This document shows positions 31,872-42,147 of a DNA stretch of 64,000 bases, in pieces. A model generated the notes under the pieces. That model saw only the letters and a program-made list of their open reading frames with translations. It had not been told where the DNA came from and made no database searches. The position numbers and the translations under genes were made by a program. Origin of the DNA: an uncultured Acidobacteriota bacterium (GTDB lineage Bacteria > Acidobacteriota > Thermoanaerobaculia > Gp7-AA8); contig CALMZP010000167.1 in the NCBI GenBank assembly GCA_937870635.1, positions 40,917-104,916 of the forward strand, in the 5' to 3' direction. The stretch's first letter is position 1; the number at the start of each line of letters is the position of its first letter.

Positions 31872-34553
31872 ATGACCATCACGATCTACCCAGCTCAATT
31901 CGAATCCGACGTAGTCCTCCGCAACGGTCGCACCCTCCGCATCAGGCCCGTCCGGCCCGATGACGGCGGAGCGCTCCTAGCGCTTTACCGTGGCCTCTCG
32001 ACGGACAGCCTCTACATGCGCTTCTTCGACACGCGCAGCGCGGACGCCGCCCTGCGCGATGCGCCGGCCGACGTCGACTACTCCGCGGATTTCGGCGTCG
32101 TGGGAGAGATGGTCGGCGGCATCGTCGGCATCGCTCACTACTTCCGTTCGGCACGGCATCAGAACTGCGCCGAAGTGGCGTTCGCAATCGCCGACAAGGC
32201 GCACGGCGGGGGCATCGGCACGCATCTGCTGCAGAAGCTCGCCGACATCGGACGCACGAAGGGCATCGAGGAGTTTCGCGCCGAGGTGCTGCCGGAAAAC
32301 ACGAAGATGCTCGATGTTTTCCTGTCATCCGGATTCGACGTCCGCAGCAGGTCGGCGGAGGGGACGGTGCACGTCTCGTTCGCGATCGCGCCGACGGAGG
32401 AGTATCAGGACCGTGCGGCGGAACGTTCGCGGAAAGCCGCGTATGCGTCCATGCGGTCGATCTTCTCGCCGCAGACGATCGCCGTCGTCGGCGCAAGCCG
32501 CCGGCGCGGGCAGCTCGGCACGGAGATCCTGCAGAACCTGAAGACCACCGGTTTCCGGGGCAGCCTATTCGCCGTCAACCCGAAAGCGACGGAGATCGAC
32601 GGCGTGCCATCCTATCCCACCGTCGATGCCATACCAGGCAACGTCGATCTGGCCATCATCGCCGTGCCGTCCGACGCCGTCGAATCGGTGATCGACGACT
32701 GTGTGACGAAGGGCGTTCCGGCAGCGGTCGTCATCACCGCCGGATTCGGAGAGACCGGCGAGGCCGGAAGGGCAGCCGAACGGCGTCTCCTCGACAAGGT
32801 GCGCGCCTCGGGGATGCGCATGGTCGGCCCGAACTGCATGGGCGTGATCAACAGCGATCCCGCGGTGAACATGCACGCGACGTTCTCATCGATCTTCCCG
32901 CCGCGCGGAAATGTGGCAATGTCAAGCCAGAGCGGGGCGCTGGGGCTCGCCATTCTCGACTACGCGCGCAATCTCAACATCGGGTTTTCGACGTTCATCT
33001 CCGTCGGAAACAAGGCCGACGTCTCCGGCAACGACCTCATCCAGTACTGGGCGGAAGACCCGAACACCGAGGTGATGCTCCTCTATCTCGAGAGCTTCGG
33101 CAATCCGCGCAAGTTCGGCGAGATCGCGCGCCGTGTCGGCCGGAAGAAGCCGATCGTCGCGGTGAAGGCCGGCCGCTCTGCAGCGGGCGCGCGCGCCGCG
33201 TCGTCGCATACCGGTGCGCTGGCCACGAGCGACGCCATCGTCACGAACCTGTTCAAGCAGGCGGGGGTCATCCGCACCGAAACGCTCGAGGAGCTCTTCG
33301 ACGTCGCCGCGCTGCTGGCGAATCAGCCGTTGCCGGCCGGGCGGCGCATCGCGATCGTGACGAACGCCGGAGGCCCGGGCATCCTCGCCGCCGACGCATG
33401 TGAATCGAGCGGCCTGCAGCTTGCCACGATTTGCGAGGAGACGACTGCGAAGCTCCGCGAGTTTCTGCCGGCAGCCGCGAGCGTCGGCAATCCGATCGAC
33501 ATGATCGCCAGCGCGACGGCCGATCAGTACCGCCGCAGCATCGAGCTCGTTCTCGCCGATCCGGGTGTCGACTCGGTCATCATCATCTACATCCCGGTTC
33601 TACCGACGGACGCCCAGGCGGTGGCGGAAGTGATCCGGGAGACCGCCGGAGTCGCCGGAGGCAAGACCCTCATCGCCACATTCATGAGCGCACAGGGCTC
33701 GCCGACCGCCCTCAAGCCCGTCCCCTCGTTCCCCTTTCCTGAACGCGCGGTGGCCGCGCTCGCGCGATCCACGGCGTACGCCGAATGGCGCCGCCGCCCC
33801 GCGGGCAAAGTCGTCAAGTATCCCGACTTCGACCGCGCCGCGATGCGCGCCATCGTCGAGAAGCGCCTCGCGTCCGGCGGCGGCTGGCTCGAGGCGACCG
33901 ACGTCAACGCGCTCTTCGGCGCCGCCAGCATCAAAGTGGCTTCGGTCGAATCGGTGTCCACGGTCTACGAAGCCGTGAATGCCGCCATGCGCATGGGCTT
34001 TCCCGTCGTTCTGAAGGCTCAGGGGTCGGAGCTTCTCCACAAATCCGATGTCGGGGCAGTCAAGCTCGGGATTCAGGACGAACGCGAAATGCGCGAGGCC
34101 TACCTCGAGATGGCCGGCCGCCTCGGAACCAAAATGCAGTCGGCGATCATCCAGCAGATGATCGCCGGCGGCGTCGAGATGATGGCCGGCGCGACGGACG
34201 ATCCCACCTTCGGTCACATCGTCGTTCTCGGCGCGGGCGGGACGCTCGTCGAACTGCTCGGCGACGTCGCCTTCCGCATCCATCCGATGACTGACGTCGA
34301 CGCGGACGACATGTTGCGCGAGATCCGCGTCTCGCGCCTGCTGCAGGGCTACCGCGGATCGAAGCCATGCGATGTCGCCGCCGTGCGCGAAGCGTTGCTG
34401 CGGCTCTCGGCGATGCTGGACGTCTGTCCCGAGATTCGGGAGCTGGACATCAATCCGATCAAGGCGCTGGAACAGGGCGCGATCGTCGTCGACGCCCGCG
34501 TGCGCATCGAACCGATCGCGGCAAGACCGCCGAGCCGTCGAATCTCATATTGA
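31872..34553 (+). CDS. Bifunctional GNAT acetyltransferase / ADP-forming acyl-CoA (acetate-CoA) ligase family protein
   Basis: N-terminal GNAT domain (IRPVRPDDGGALLALY), then a CoA-binding domain and the succinyl-CoA-synthetase-like alpha/beta and ATP-grasp domains. 893 aa. Confidence 0.85.
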   Translation: MTITIYPAQFESDVVLRNGRTLRIRPVRPDDGGALLALYRGLSTDSLYMRFFDTRSADAALRDAPADVDYSADFGVVGEMVGGIVGIAHYFRSARHQNCAEVAFAIADKAHGGGIGTHLLQKLADIGRTKGIEEFRAEVLPENTKMLDVFLSSGFDVRSRSAEGTVHVSFAIAPTEEYQDRAAERSRKAAYASMRSIFSPQTIAVVGASRRRGQLGTEILQNLKTTGFRGSLFAVNPKATEIDGVPSYPTVDAIPGNVDLAIIAVPSDAVESVIDDCVTKGVPAAVVITAGFGETGEAGRAAERRLLDKVRASGMRMVGPNCMGVINSDPAVNMHATFSSIFPPRGNVAMSSQSGALGLAILDYARNLNIGFSTFISVGNKADVSGNDLIQYWAEDPNTEVMLLYLESFGNPRKFGEIARRVGRKKPIVAVKAGRSAAGARAASSHTGALATSDAIVTNLFKQAGVIRTETLEELFDVAALLANQPLPAGRRIAIVTNAGGPGILAADACESSGLQLATICEETTAKLREFLPAAASVGNPIDMIASATADQYRRSIELVLADPGVDSVIIIYIPVLPTDAQAVAEVIRETAGVAGGKTLIATFMSAQGSPTALKPVPSFPFPERAVAALARSTAYAEWRRRPAGKVVKYPDFDRAAMRAIVEKRLASGGGWLEATDVNALFGAASIKVASVESVSTVYEAVNAAMRMGFPVVLKAQGSELLHKSDVGAVKLGIQDEREMREAYLEMAGRLGTKMQSAIIQQMIAGGVEMMAGATDDPTFGHIVVLGAGGTLVELLGDVAFRIHPMTDVDADDMLREIRVSRLLQGYRGSKPCDVAAVREALLRLSAMLDVCPEIRELDINPIKALEQGAIVVDARVRIEPIAARPPSRRISY

Positions 34554-34617
34554 TTTTAGATTTTGGATTTTGGATTTTGGATTCGAGCAAAATCCAAAAT
34601 CCAAAATCAAAAATATG
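34546..34617. terminator. Near-perfect palindrome of TTTTGGA heptamers between convergent stops
   Basis: catattgattttagattttggattttggattttggattcgagcaaaatccaaaatccaaaatcaaaaatatg. Confidence 0.6.
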
Positions 34618-34619
34618 TA

Positions 34620-35213
34620 TCACGCCATCTCGAGCCCTGACACCTCGTCGCGCAGGGAGGGCGAGATCCACAGGTACGGGCCGACCCACCGGAAGCCTGC
34701 TCGCTCGAAGCGGCGGCGATACCAGGCTGCGGGGCGTCGATTGAGGCCGTGCAGATCGCCGACGATGTTGTCTTCTTCGGTCAGTACTTCCAGGTAGGCC
34801 ACGCCGCCGGTGAGACGCGCGAGCTCGCCGATGCCCTGGCTGATCTCGCGTTGTGTCAGGTAATGCAGCACGTCCGAGCAGACGACGAGATCGTAGGGAC
34901 CCTTCAACCGCAGGTCGCCGAGCGTTGCAAAGCTGCCCTTCCGCAGATTGCGAGTCGATCCGAATGCCTCGATGGCGTAGTCGCTCGGCTCGATTCCGAG
35001 GTAGGAGACTTTCCGGCGCGCGGGGCGGAGGTGGGTGAGCCAGGCGCCCTCGCCGGCGCCGACGTCGAGGACCGTCTCGATCGGCCGGCGCAGAAAATAT
35101 TCTGCCGTCGCGACGGCAAGCATGATCTTCCTGCGTACTTCGCCGTGCGTGTGGACCCTGTTGCGGCCGCGATACCAGCGGTCGAAATATTCGCGGTCGT
35201 ACTCTTTCGTCAT
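34620..35213 (-). CDS. Class I SAM-dependent methyltransferase
   Basis: VLDVGAGEG motif I and a DLVVCSDVLHY motif. ATG at 35213. Confidence 0.75.
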   Translation of the reverse strand: MTKEYDREYFDRWYRGRNRVHTHGEVRRKIMLAVATAEYFLRRPIETVLDVGAGEGAWLTHLRPARRKVSYLGIEPSDYAIEAFGSTRNLRKGSFATLGDLRLKGPYDLVVCSDVLHYLTQREISQGIGELARLTGGVAYLEVLTEEDNIVGDLHGLNRRPAAWYRRRFERAGFRWVGPYLWISPSLRDEVSGLEMA

Positions 35214-35821
35214 TCGGGGACGATTCTCTCGTCTTCTTTGTCCGCGCCGATGCCCAGCCTTCGCAGGAACCGGACGGTGCGCGGGAGCTTCGGTTCGGCT
35301 TTGTGGAGGATCTTCTCGGTGAACTTTGCCTTCGGGAAGAGGACAAGGACGCCGAGAAGGATGAAGATCCATCCCTGGAGGATCGGGATGAACCCGCCAA
35401 TGACGCCGAGGATCAGGAAAACGATACCGAGGGTGATGCGGATGACGACCATACCGGCGTGCATTTTACGGGCAGGGTCTCCCGCGTGGCGCCGGAGAAT
35501 CATCGCGCCGATGAGCGACATCACGCCGAGATGGACGAATGTGTTGGCGCCGAAATACACGAAGTTGATGTCTGCCGTGCGGTTCCCGCGATGCTCGTCC
35601 TGCCAGCGGAAATGGAATGGCTTCGGAAAGCCGCGGCTCCGCAGGGTACCGGTGCCCGACGTCCGCTGTCTTTCATGGATCGCCGAGCCGGCGCTCGTGA
35701 TCATCGCCAGAAGGAAGATGGCCAAGAGGCGGCCAGGAGTCACGCCGCCGCGATAGGTCATCACAACGAGCGCAAGCGCCAGGAGACCGCCACCGATCAG
35801 CAGCGCGTGCAGAGCAGCCAT
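35210..35821 (-). CDS. Hypothetical integral membrane protein (4 TM)
   Basis: Hydrophobic segments; 4-nt overlap with the downstream methyltransferase start. ATG at 35821. Confidence 0.55.
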   Translation of the reverse strand: MAALHALLIGGGLLALALVVMTYRGGVTPGRLLAIFLLAMITSAGSAIHERQRTSGTGTLRSRGFPKPFHFRWQDEHRGNRTADINFVYFGANTFVHLGVMSLIGAMILRRHAGDPARKMHAGMVVIRITLGIVFLILGVIGGFIPILQGWIFILLGVLVLFPKAKFTEKILHKAEPKLPRTVRFLRRLGIGADKEDERIVPE

Positions 35822-35877
35822 TCCTTAGCAAGGTGCAGGCCTCCGTCAGCCCAATCCACTTATGGTGAAATCCACGC

Positions 35878-36871
35878 TATGCGACGAGCGACCTCTCTCT
35901 TTCTCCTCCTCATCACGATGGCCGTCCATGCGGATGACCCCAAAATCGCCTCGCTGGGCGATTTTCGTCTCGAGAATGGAGAGACGATCCGCGACTGCCG
36001 GATCGGGTATCGCACGGCCGGTGTTCTCAACGCGGACCGGTCGAACGTGGTCGTCGTTCTGACCTGGTTCGGCGGCAATTCGGCCGGACTGGCCTCTTCG
36101 ATCGGTCCCGGAAAGCTGTTCGACACGAACCATTGGTTCGTCGTCACCATCGATGCGCTCGGCAACGGCGTCTCCTCTTCACCGTCCAACAGCACAACGC
36201 GGCCGGACGCGCGCTTCCCGAAGTTCACGATGCGCGACATGGTGCGAACACAGCACGCGCTTCTCACTCGCGAGCTGAAACTGCCGCAGGTGCATGGCGT
36301 AGCAGGGCTCTCGATGGGGGGCACGCAGGCGCTGCAATGGGCGTTCAGCTATCCCCGCTACATGAAGAAGGTCGTGTCGATCACCGGTACTCCGCGACAG
36401 ATGTCGCACGACCTGATCCTGTGGAAGACGCAGCTCGAGCTTCTGGAGTCGTTCAGCGGATCGAAAGCTCACCTGCGCGAAGTCATGGAAGGAGTGGCCG
36501 GCATCAACATGCTCGAGCTTTGGACCCCGTCGTGGATGGCGAAGAACGTCAAGCCCGCGGAGGTCGACGAAAGGATGGCCACCCATCGGGCATCGCTGGC
36601 GGACCGCAACGCGTTCGATTACATGTCGCAGCTTCGCGCGATGATCGGGCACGACGTCGGCCCGTTCGACGAGGCGGCAAAGGCTCTGCGGGCTGAGCTG
36701 CTGATGATCGTGGCTCTTCAGGACGAGATGGTCAACCCTGGACCTTCCCGGGAACTGGCCCGTGCGACGGGTGCGCGCATTGCTACGCTCAGCAGCGATT
36801 GCGGCCATCTGGCGCCGGGCTGCGAGGCCGAGGTCGTGGCTCGGGAGGTCGCCCGGTTTCTCGCTCCGTGA
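35878..36871 (+). CDS. Alpha/beta-hydrolase, homoserine O-acetyltransferase (MetX)-like, with a signal peptide
   Basis: GLSMGGTQALQ nucleophile elbow; MRRATSLFLLLITMAVHA signal. Confidence 0.7.
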
Positions 36872-36919
36872 GCCGCCGCGGCAAACACGGGCACGACTCG
36901 TGCGTCGCGCACGGACGCC

Positions 36920-37291
36920 ATGTCTGAGTATCCCGTGCTGATCGTGGAAGATGATGTGGTCGTCGTGAACGGACTTCGCGACGCCCTTGGGGACAAGGAA
37001 GTGGTCACCGAAGTGGCCCGGGACTCGGCCACCGCGATCGAGCTTCTCAAGACACACAAATTCTGCGGTCTGGTGCTCGACCTCGTGCTCGACGGCGGCT
37101 CCGGCTTCGACGTTCTCCGCTACCTCAACCGGAATCGCGTTGATCTTCCGGCGGTCGTCATCTCGTCTAGGCTGCCAGACTACGTGCGGGAGCTCCTCGT
37201 CGAAGATCAGGTGAAGCTCATCCTGGCGAAGCCGGTCGACATGCGGTTGCTCGCCACGATCGTACGCGGGCTGTGCGGGCTGCCGGCCTGA
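36920..37291 (+). CDS. Stand-alone receiver-domain response regulator
   Basis: VLIVEDDVVVVNGL ... GLVLDLVLDGGSGFDVL. Confidence 0.7.
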   Translation: MSEYPVLIVEDDVVVVNGLRDALGDKEVVTEVARDSATAIELLKTHKFCGLVLDLVLDGGSGFDVLRYLNRNRVDLPAVVISSRLPDYVRELLVEDQVKLILAKPVDMRLLATIVRGLCGLPA

Positions 37292-37403
37292 GGCTCATAG
37301 AGGAGTGCGGCAGCTTGCTTCAGCGGTTCCTGGCACCAGCCGGGCTTCCCGCTTCAGAGAGACCCAGAGAGATCCTCCCTGTGAATCTCTGTGGTCGCTT
37401 GTC

Positions 37404-39737
37404 TCAGCCCTCGCGCTTCTTCTCGTCCGCCCGAACCTGCCGGCGGAACTGCCGCCAGCGCGGGTCGTCGTGAAGGTTCTCGAGGTCGTCATCGTCGTCG
37501 AGGTAGTCGCTGAGCTTGAACCCGGCATTACGAGATTTCTGCAGCCACTCGAATGCGAGATCGTTCCTTCCGGCGCGTGCGTAGGCACACGCCGTGTTGT
37601 ATGTGGAAGCGCCGACGCGATAACCGAGCTTTAGAGCCTTCTGGAATGACTGCGCGCTCGCATCGTTCTCGCCGGCCTGCAGCTGTGCGTAACCGAGGTT
37701 GAACCAGGTACGGCCGATCTCGGGATAGCGGACCGTCATCTCTTCGTAATGCGTGAGCATGTCCTTCCAGGCAGCCTCCTCGCCGCCGAAGAACAACCAC
37801 GCTTTGCCATTGCCCCACGTCGTGGTCTGCAGCTTGAGGTCGTTCGCCATCTGGATCAGCCTGTCCAGCTTCACTTCGTTGCGGACGTTGCGCAGGTCAG
37901 GATCGTTCTTCAGCTTCTCGACGTCATCGAAGCCGTTCTGCACCGCGCGGTCGAGGTATTGCGCTGCCGTTTTCGCATCGCCCTTGAGAGACAGAGCGCA
38001 CGCCATGTTGTAGAGCGCGGAGGAAGTCTTTCCGTCGAGGTTGACCGCGTTCTGGAACGCGACGAGGCTCTCGTCGAGCTTCCGGAGACGCAGGAGGTCC
38101 ACACCAACGGAGTACCAGTCGCCGCCGTCGTAGCTGCCGGCGCGGAGCGCGTCGAAGCGGTCGAGGGTCTCCTCGATGCGGCGGTCCTGCTTGCGCGCGG
38201 CGGGCCCGTCCAACGAAGCGACGAGCTGCTTGAAACGGGGAGAGGTACGGATCGGATCGAAATCAGAATCTTTGGCGATGTGGTTGTAGTCGTCCCAGCC
38301 GGACGCGATGGCATCCTGCAGCCAGGCCACGGCGTTCTGCTCGTCTTCCATGAGCGCGTAACCGCAGGCGATGTTGTACTTCGAGGCCGCCACGCGGTGA
38401 CCGAGCGCAATGGACTGTTTGAATGCTTCGATCGCCTCGGCGTGGCGGTCGGAGCGATGCAGCTCATATGCGTGACCGTACCAGTCGGCGCCGTCGGTCG
38501 GCTCCGAATTCCGTTTGTGCTTGAGCTTCTCGAGCCCGGCCAGCAACATCTCGGGTGTCGCAATCACCTTCGCAGCGACCGACGGGCCGATTTCGACGAT
38601 GCCCTCGCGCTCTTTCGATTCCTGTTTCGTCGGCTCCCGCGGCGTGGCGCCGAGCCGGAGGGATGCAAGGGGAACGACGATCATCAGCGCTGCTGCTGCA
38701 TAGGTCGAAAGCGTGCGCATCGAGAAGCCTCCGCGGCGTGTGCGAGGTTGCAGAATGGAGAGAAGACGGCCCTCGAGCTGCGAGCGCCGCGTCATCGCGA
38801 GCGTGACCGATCGGAACGGGTCGGTGTGCGGCAGAGCTCTCGCGATCGACAGAAGATGTTCGGCGTAGTCGGAAGGTTTCGCACCCGATTCGAGCACGAG
38901 ATCATCACAGGCGCGCTCGCATTCGCTTCGCGAGATCCGCTCGAGCGCCCACATCAGCGGATGGAACCAGAAGACGGCAACGGCGGCGCGCGTCAGGAGC
39001 AGGGTCAGGCTGTCCCAGCGCTTCACGTGAGCGAGCTCGTGAAGAATGACGACCCGCAGTCGTTCGGTGGTCCACTCCGCCGATGCGGATGGGAGAAGGA
39101 GCATCGGCTCCCGGATCCCCCAGACCACGGGGACCGAGATCTCCGCCGATCTCAGCAAATGCACCTCGGCGTCGAGCTTGAGGTGGTCGCACGCGCTGTC
39201 GAGCTCGCGCAGCGCCTCGTCGTCGGTGATTCTCGAGGCGCGGTGCACCACTCTGGACACGCCGGCGATCCCGAATCCCATGCGGATGAGAAACACGATG
39301 GAGACTGCCGCGACCATGAGGACCAGCAGACCCTGCCAGCTGTTCCTCACCATCTCCAGGCCTTTTGACATCGCGGTGAGACGCTCCTGCGGAACGACAC
39401 CCGTCGCTCGCGCCACGGTCATTGCTGCTTCGAGCGCGGTCGGCGCCTCATCGTCCTCGCCGGTCGTTCCGATCGAACGGACGGTGTTCGCAGAGCGCTC
39501 TGGAAAAAGCGGTACGTTCCAGGCCGGAACCAGCACCATCAGGAGCGGAAGGATGAGGACCGCCGTGATCGCTGCGGTCAGCGCCACATGCCTCGCCGCA
39601 GCGGATGCATTGGCGAGAGCGGCGACGACCAGGCGGGCGATGACGAGGACGACAGTGGCTTTCACGATCAGCAGGATGAATGCGCCGATGGCGCCGAGGG
39701 ACTGGAGTCGTGCAGCGAATTCGATGAGGGGGGTCAT
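37404..39737 (-). CDS. BlaR1/MecR1-like M56 peptidase membrane sensor with a large C-terminal TPR-repeat domain
   Basis: Four TM helices plus an HEXXH in VVILHELAHVKRWD (M56). The C-terminal 400 aa are TPR-like repeats rather than a penicillin-binding domain. Confidence 0.85.
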   Translation of the reverse strand: MTPLIEFAARLQSLGAIGAFILLIVKATVVLVIARLVVAALANASAAARHVALTAAITAVLILPLLMVLVPAWNVPLFPERSANTVRSIGTTGEDDEAPTALEAAMTVARATGVVPQERLTAMSKGLEMVRNSWQGLLVLMVAAVSIVFLIRMGFGIAGVSRVVHRASRITDDEALRELDSACDHLKLDAEVHLLRSAEISVPVVWGIREPMLLLPSASAEWTTERLRVVILHELAHVKRWDSLTLLLTRAAVAVFWFHPLMWALERISRSECERACDDLVLESGAKPSDYAEHLLSIARALPHTDPFRSVTLAMTRRSQLEGRLLSILQPRTRRGGFSMRTLSTYAAAALMIVVPLASLRLGATPREPTKQESKEREGIVEIGPSVAAKVIATPEMLLAGLEKLKHKRNSEPTDGADWYGHAYELHRSDRHAEAIEAFKQSIALGHRVAASKYNIACGYALMEDEQNAVAWLQDAIASGWDDYNHIAKDSDFDPIRTSPRFKQLVASLDGPAARKQDRRIEETLDRFDALRAGSYDGGDWYSVGVDLLRLRKLDESLVAFQNAVNLDGKTSSALYNMACALSLKGDAKTAAQYLDRAVQNGFDDVEKLKNDPDLRNVRNEVKLDRLIQMANDLKLQTTTWGNGKAWLFFGGEEAAWKDMLTHYEEMTVRYPEIGRTWFNLGYAQLQAGENDASAQSFQKALKLGYRVGASTYNTACAYARAGRNDLAFEWLQKSRNAGFKLSDYLDDDDDLENLHDDPRWRQFRRQVRADEKKREG

Positions 39738-39740
39738 GGG

Positions 39741-40124
39741 TCAGCGTCCTTCTTTGCGGGCTTGTTCGATGAGGCTGGAAAGGCGGTCCAGATCGTCGGG
39801 AGTCATCTGATCTTTCGACTGCTCGAGCAGCGTCGCCACGACGCTCGCGGCAGAGCCTTCGAAAAAGGTCGTCAGCAGGTGGGCCAGCGCCGAAATGCGC
39901 GCTTTCTCGCGGTTCACGGTGGGGGTGTATACGTAACGGACGCCGTCATGTTGATGGCGAAGGTGACCTTTTTGTTCGAGGACCCGGAGCGTGGCACGGA
40001 CCGCCGAGTAGCTGGGAGGGTCGGCCATGGCTTCCAGGACGTCGGCAGCGGTGGCTGTGCCCCGCCGGAAGATGATGTTCATCATTTCGCGCTCCCGGCG
40101 GCTGAGTCCCTCGGAACGGGTCAT
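39741..40124 (-). CDS. BlaI/MecI/CopY-family transcriptional repressor
   Basis: Winged-helix N-terminus (SRREREMMNIIFRRGTATAADVLEAM). Lies immediately upstream of the M56 sensor. Confidence 0.85.
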   Translation of the reverse strand: MTRSEGLSRREREMMNIIFRRGTATAADVLEAMADPPSYSAVRATLRVLEQKGHLRHQHDGVRYVYTPTVNREKARISALAHLLTTFFEGSAASVVATLLEQSKDQMTPDDLDRLSSLIEQARKEGR

Positions 40125-40295
40125 GGGAAACCTCGCGGACTGCTGAATTTTTAGCAAGTGCTGGAAATTTAGCGGCCACCGGGCGTTCTGTCAAGGCCCC
40201 GGGAGCCACAAAGGTGTTTCGAAGAAGGCCGAAGGTCGAAGGTCGAATCAGGGTCCTGTACGATGCGCCCCGATTTTGCAGTCCGAGGAGACGTC

Positions 40296-41270
40296 ATGCC
40301 TGGTCCGATCACGGAATTCATTCAGCATCACTATCGCCATTTCAACGCGGCCGCGCTTCGGGCGGCTGCCGACGACTACATCAAGCATCTGGACCGCCAC
40401 GGAAAGATGCTCGTCACGCTGGCCGGCGCGATGTCGACCGCGGAGCTGGGCTTGTCGCTTGCCGAGATGATCCGGCAGGGGAAGGTCCACGCCATCAGCT
40501 GCACGGGCGCGAACCTCGAGGAAGACATTTTCAATCTGGTGGCCCACGACTGCTACGAGCGGGTGCCTCACTACCGTTATCTGAGCGCTCTCGACGAGAA
40601 GGCTCTTCTCGACCGGCACATGAACCGCGTCACCGATACGTGCATCCCCGAAGGTGAAGCGATGCGACGCATCGAGAAGGCGGTCCTGCGTCACTGGATG
40701 GAGAAGGACAAGCAGGGAAAGAGACTGTTCCCGCACGAGTTCATGTACGAGATCATCCGCGACGGCTCGATCAAGGAGTTCTACCAGATCGATCCGAAAA
40801 ACAGCTGGATGGTTGCGGCCGCGGAGAAGAACCTTCCGATGTTCGTTCCCGGCTGGGAAGACTCGACCCTCGGCAACATGTATTCGGGCCACTGCATCTC
40901 CGGCGACGTCAAGAACGTGCACACGGTGAGGACGGGGATCGAGTACATGATCGAGCTCGCCGAGTGGTACACGAAGATCTCCAGCTCGTCATCGATCGGC
41001 TTCTTTCAGATCGGCGGCGGTATCGCCGGAGACTTCCCCATCTGCGTCGTACCGATGCTGCACCAGGACCTGCAGCGGACGAATGTTCCGCTGTGGGGCT
41101 ACTTCTGCCAGATCAGCGATTCGACAACGAGTTTCGGATCGTACTCAGGTGCCGTGCCGAACGAGAAGATCACGTGGGGCAAGCTCGGCGTCGACACGCC
41201 GAGTCACGTGATCGAGTCGGATGCCTCGATCGTCGCGCCCCTCGTGTTCGCGTACGTCATGGGATGGTGA
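40296..41270 (+). CDS. Deoxyhypusine synthase-like family protein
   Basis: ISCTGANLEEDIF and GGGIAGDFPI motifs of the DHS-like NAD-binding fold. gaggag RBS followed by an ATG at 40296. Confidence 0.75.
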   Translation: MPGPITEFIQHHYRHFNAAALRAAADDYIKHLDRHGKMLVTLAGAMSTAELGLSLAEMIRQGKVHAISCTGANLEEDIFNLVAHDCYERVPHYRYLSALDEKALLDRHMNRVTDTCIPEGEAMRRIEKAVLRHWMEKDKQGKRLFPHEFMYEIIRDGSIKEFYQIDPKNSWMVAAAEKNLPMFVPGWEDSTLGNMYSGHCISGDVKNVHTVRTGIEYMIELAEWYTKISSSSSIGFFQIGGGIAGDFPICVVPMLHQDLQRTNVPLWGYFCQISDSTTSFGSYSGAVPNEKITWGKLGVDTPSHVIESDASIVAPLVFAYVMGW

Positions 41271-41273
41271 GAC

Positions 41274-41373
41274 GATTTTGGATTTTGGATTTTGGATTTT
41301 GGATTTTGGTTTCACGTCAATCCCCGTGAGGATGTCAAATCCAAAATCCAAAATCTAAAATCTAAAATCTGAA
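41274..41373. terminator. Palindrome of (GATTTTG)x5 ... (CAAAATC/CTAAAAT)x5 between convergent genes; overlaps the last codons of the minus-strand gene
   Basis: gattttggattttggattttggattttggattttggtttcacgtcaatccccgtgaggatgtcaaatccaaaatccaaaatctaaaatctaaaatctgaa. Confidence 0.6.
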
Positions 41374-42147
41374 TCCCGCCGCCGCCAGCGCCGCTGTCAT
41401 CGCACCGAATGCGATCTCGCGCCAGCCGATGGTCTTCGCGGCGAGCGGCTCGTGGGTGAGGCCCCACGCTGCGCGGGCGAAGAGAACGATCATCGCCACG
41501 GTGGCGGCGACGGGCGCAAACGCGGCGACGGCACCCACCGCGGCGGCGTGAAGGGCCAGCGGCGCCATGGGCGAAGTCTCTTTCCCGCGCGAGCGCGTGA
41601 TGAGGATGCGCACGTAGACGATCGTCGGAATCAGCCGGGCCACGACCACTCCTGCGATCGCGAACGAGGGCACGATGCGCATGCCGCCGGCGATCGCGAT
41701 CGCTGCGGCGCTGCTCGTCATCGCCGTTGCGCCGCAGAGCTCCGCGAAGAGCGAGCGGCTCCTGTTGCTCGCGTCGTAGAGAATCTGGGTGATCGCCAGC
41801 GGGGCCACGAGCCCGAGCGGGATGAGGATGGCGGGACTCTCGAGAAACACCGCGGCAGTGAGCGTCACCGCCGCGGCTCCGCCGTATGCGGCGGCAAACT
41901 TCCAGCACCACGCCGTCCGCGGGTAGCGCTTGTGCCGCAAGACGTCCTGCAACGCGAACTTCAAGGGCTGCCGCACGAGAAACCCGAACACGAACCCAAG
42001 GGCGACCAGTATGCCCGTCATTGATGGCGCAACGAGAAGGCTGAGGAGGATCGGCTCGAACAGGAAACCCCAGCCGCCGTGCTCGGTCGGCAATGCGATC
42101 GGCCGAAGCGATGGCACAGGCCGCGAGGCGAGCGGGACGGTGGTCAA
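41362..42147 (-). CDS. YwiC-like hypothetical membrane protein
   Basis: EHGGWGFLFEPILLSL motif and multiple TM helices. Apparent TTG start at 42147, 3 nt after the RIC stop. Confidence 0.5.
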   Translation of the reverse strand: MTTVPLASRPVPSLRPIALPTEHGGWGFLFEPILLSLLVAPSMTGILVALGFVFGFLVRQPLKFALQDVLRHKRYPRTAWCWKFAAAYGGAAAVTLTAAVFLESPAILIPLGLVAPLAITQILYDASNRSRSLFAELCGATAMTSSAAAIAIAGGMRIVPSFAIAGVVVARLIPTIVYVRILITRSRGKETSPMAPLALHAAAVGAVAAFAPVAATVAMIVLFARAAWGLTHEPLAAKTIGWREIAFGAMTAALAAAGFRF

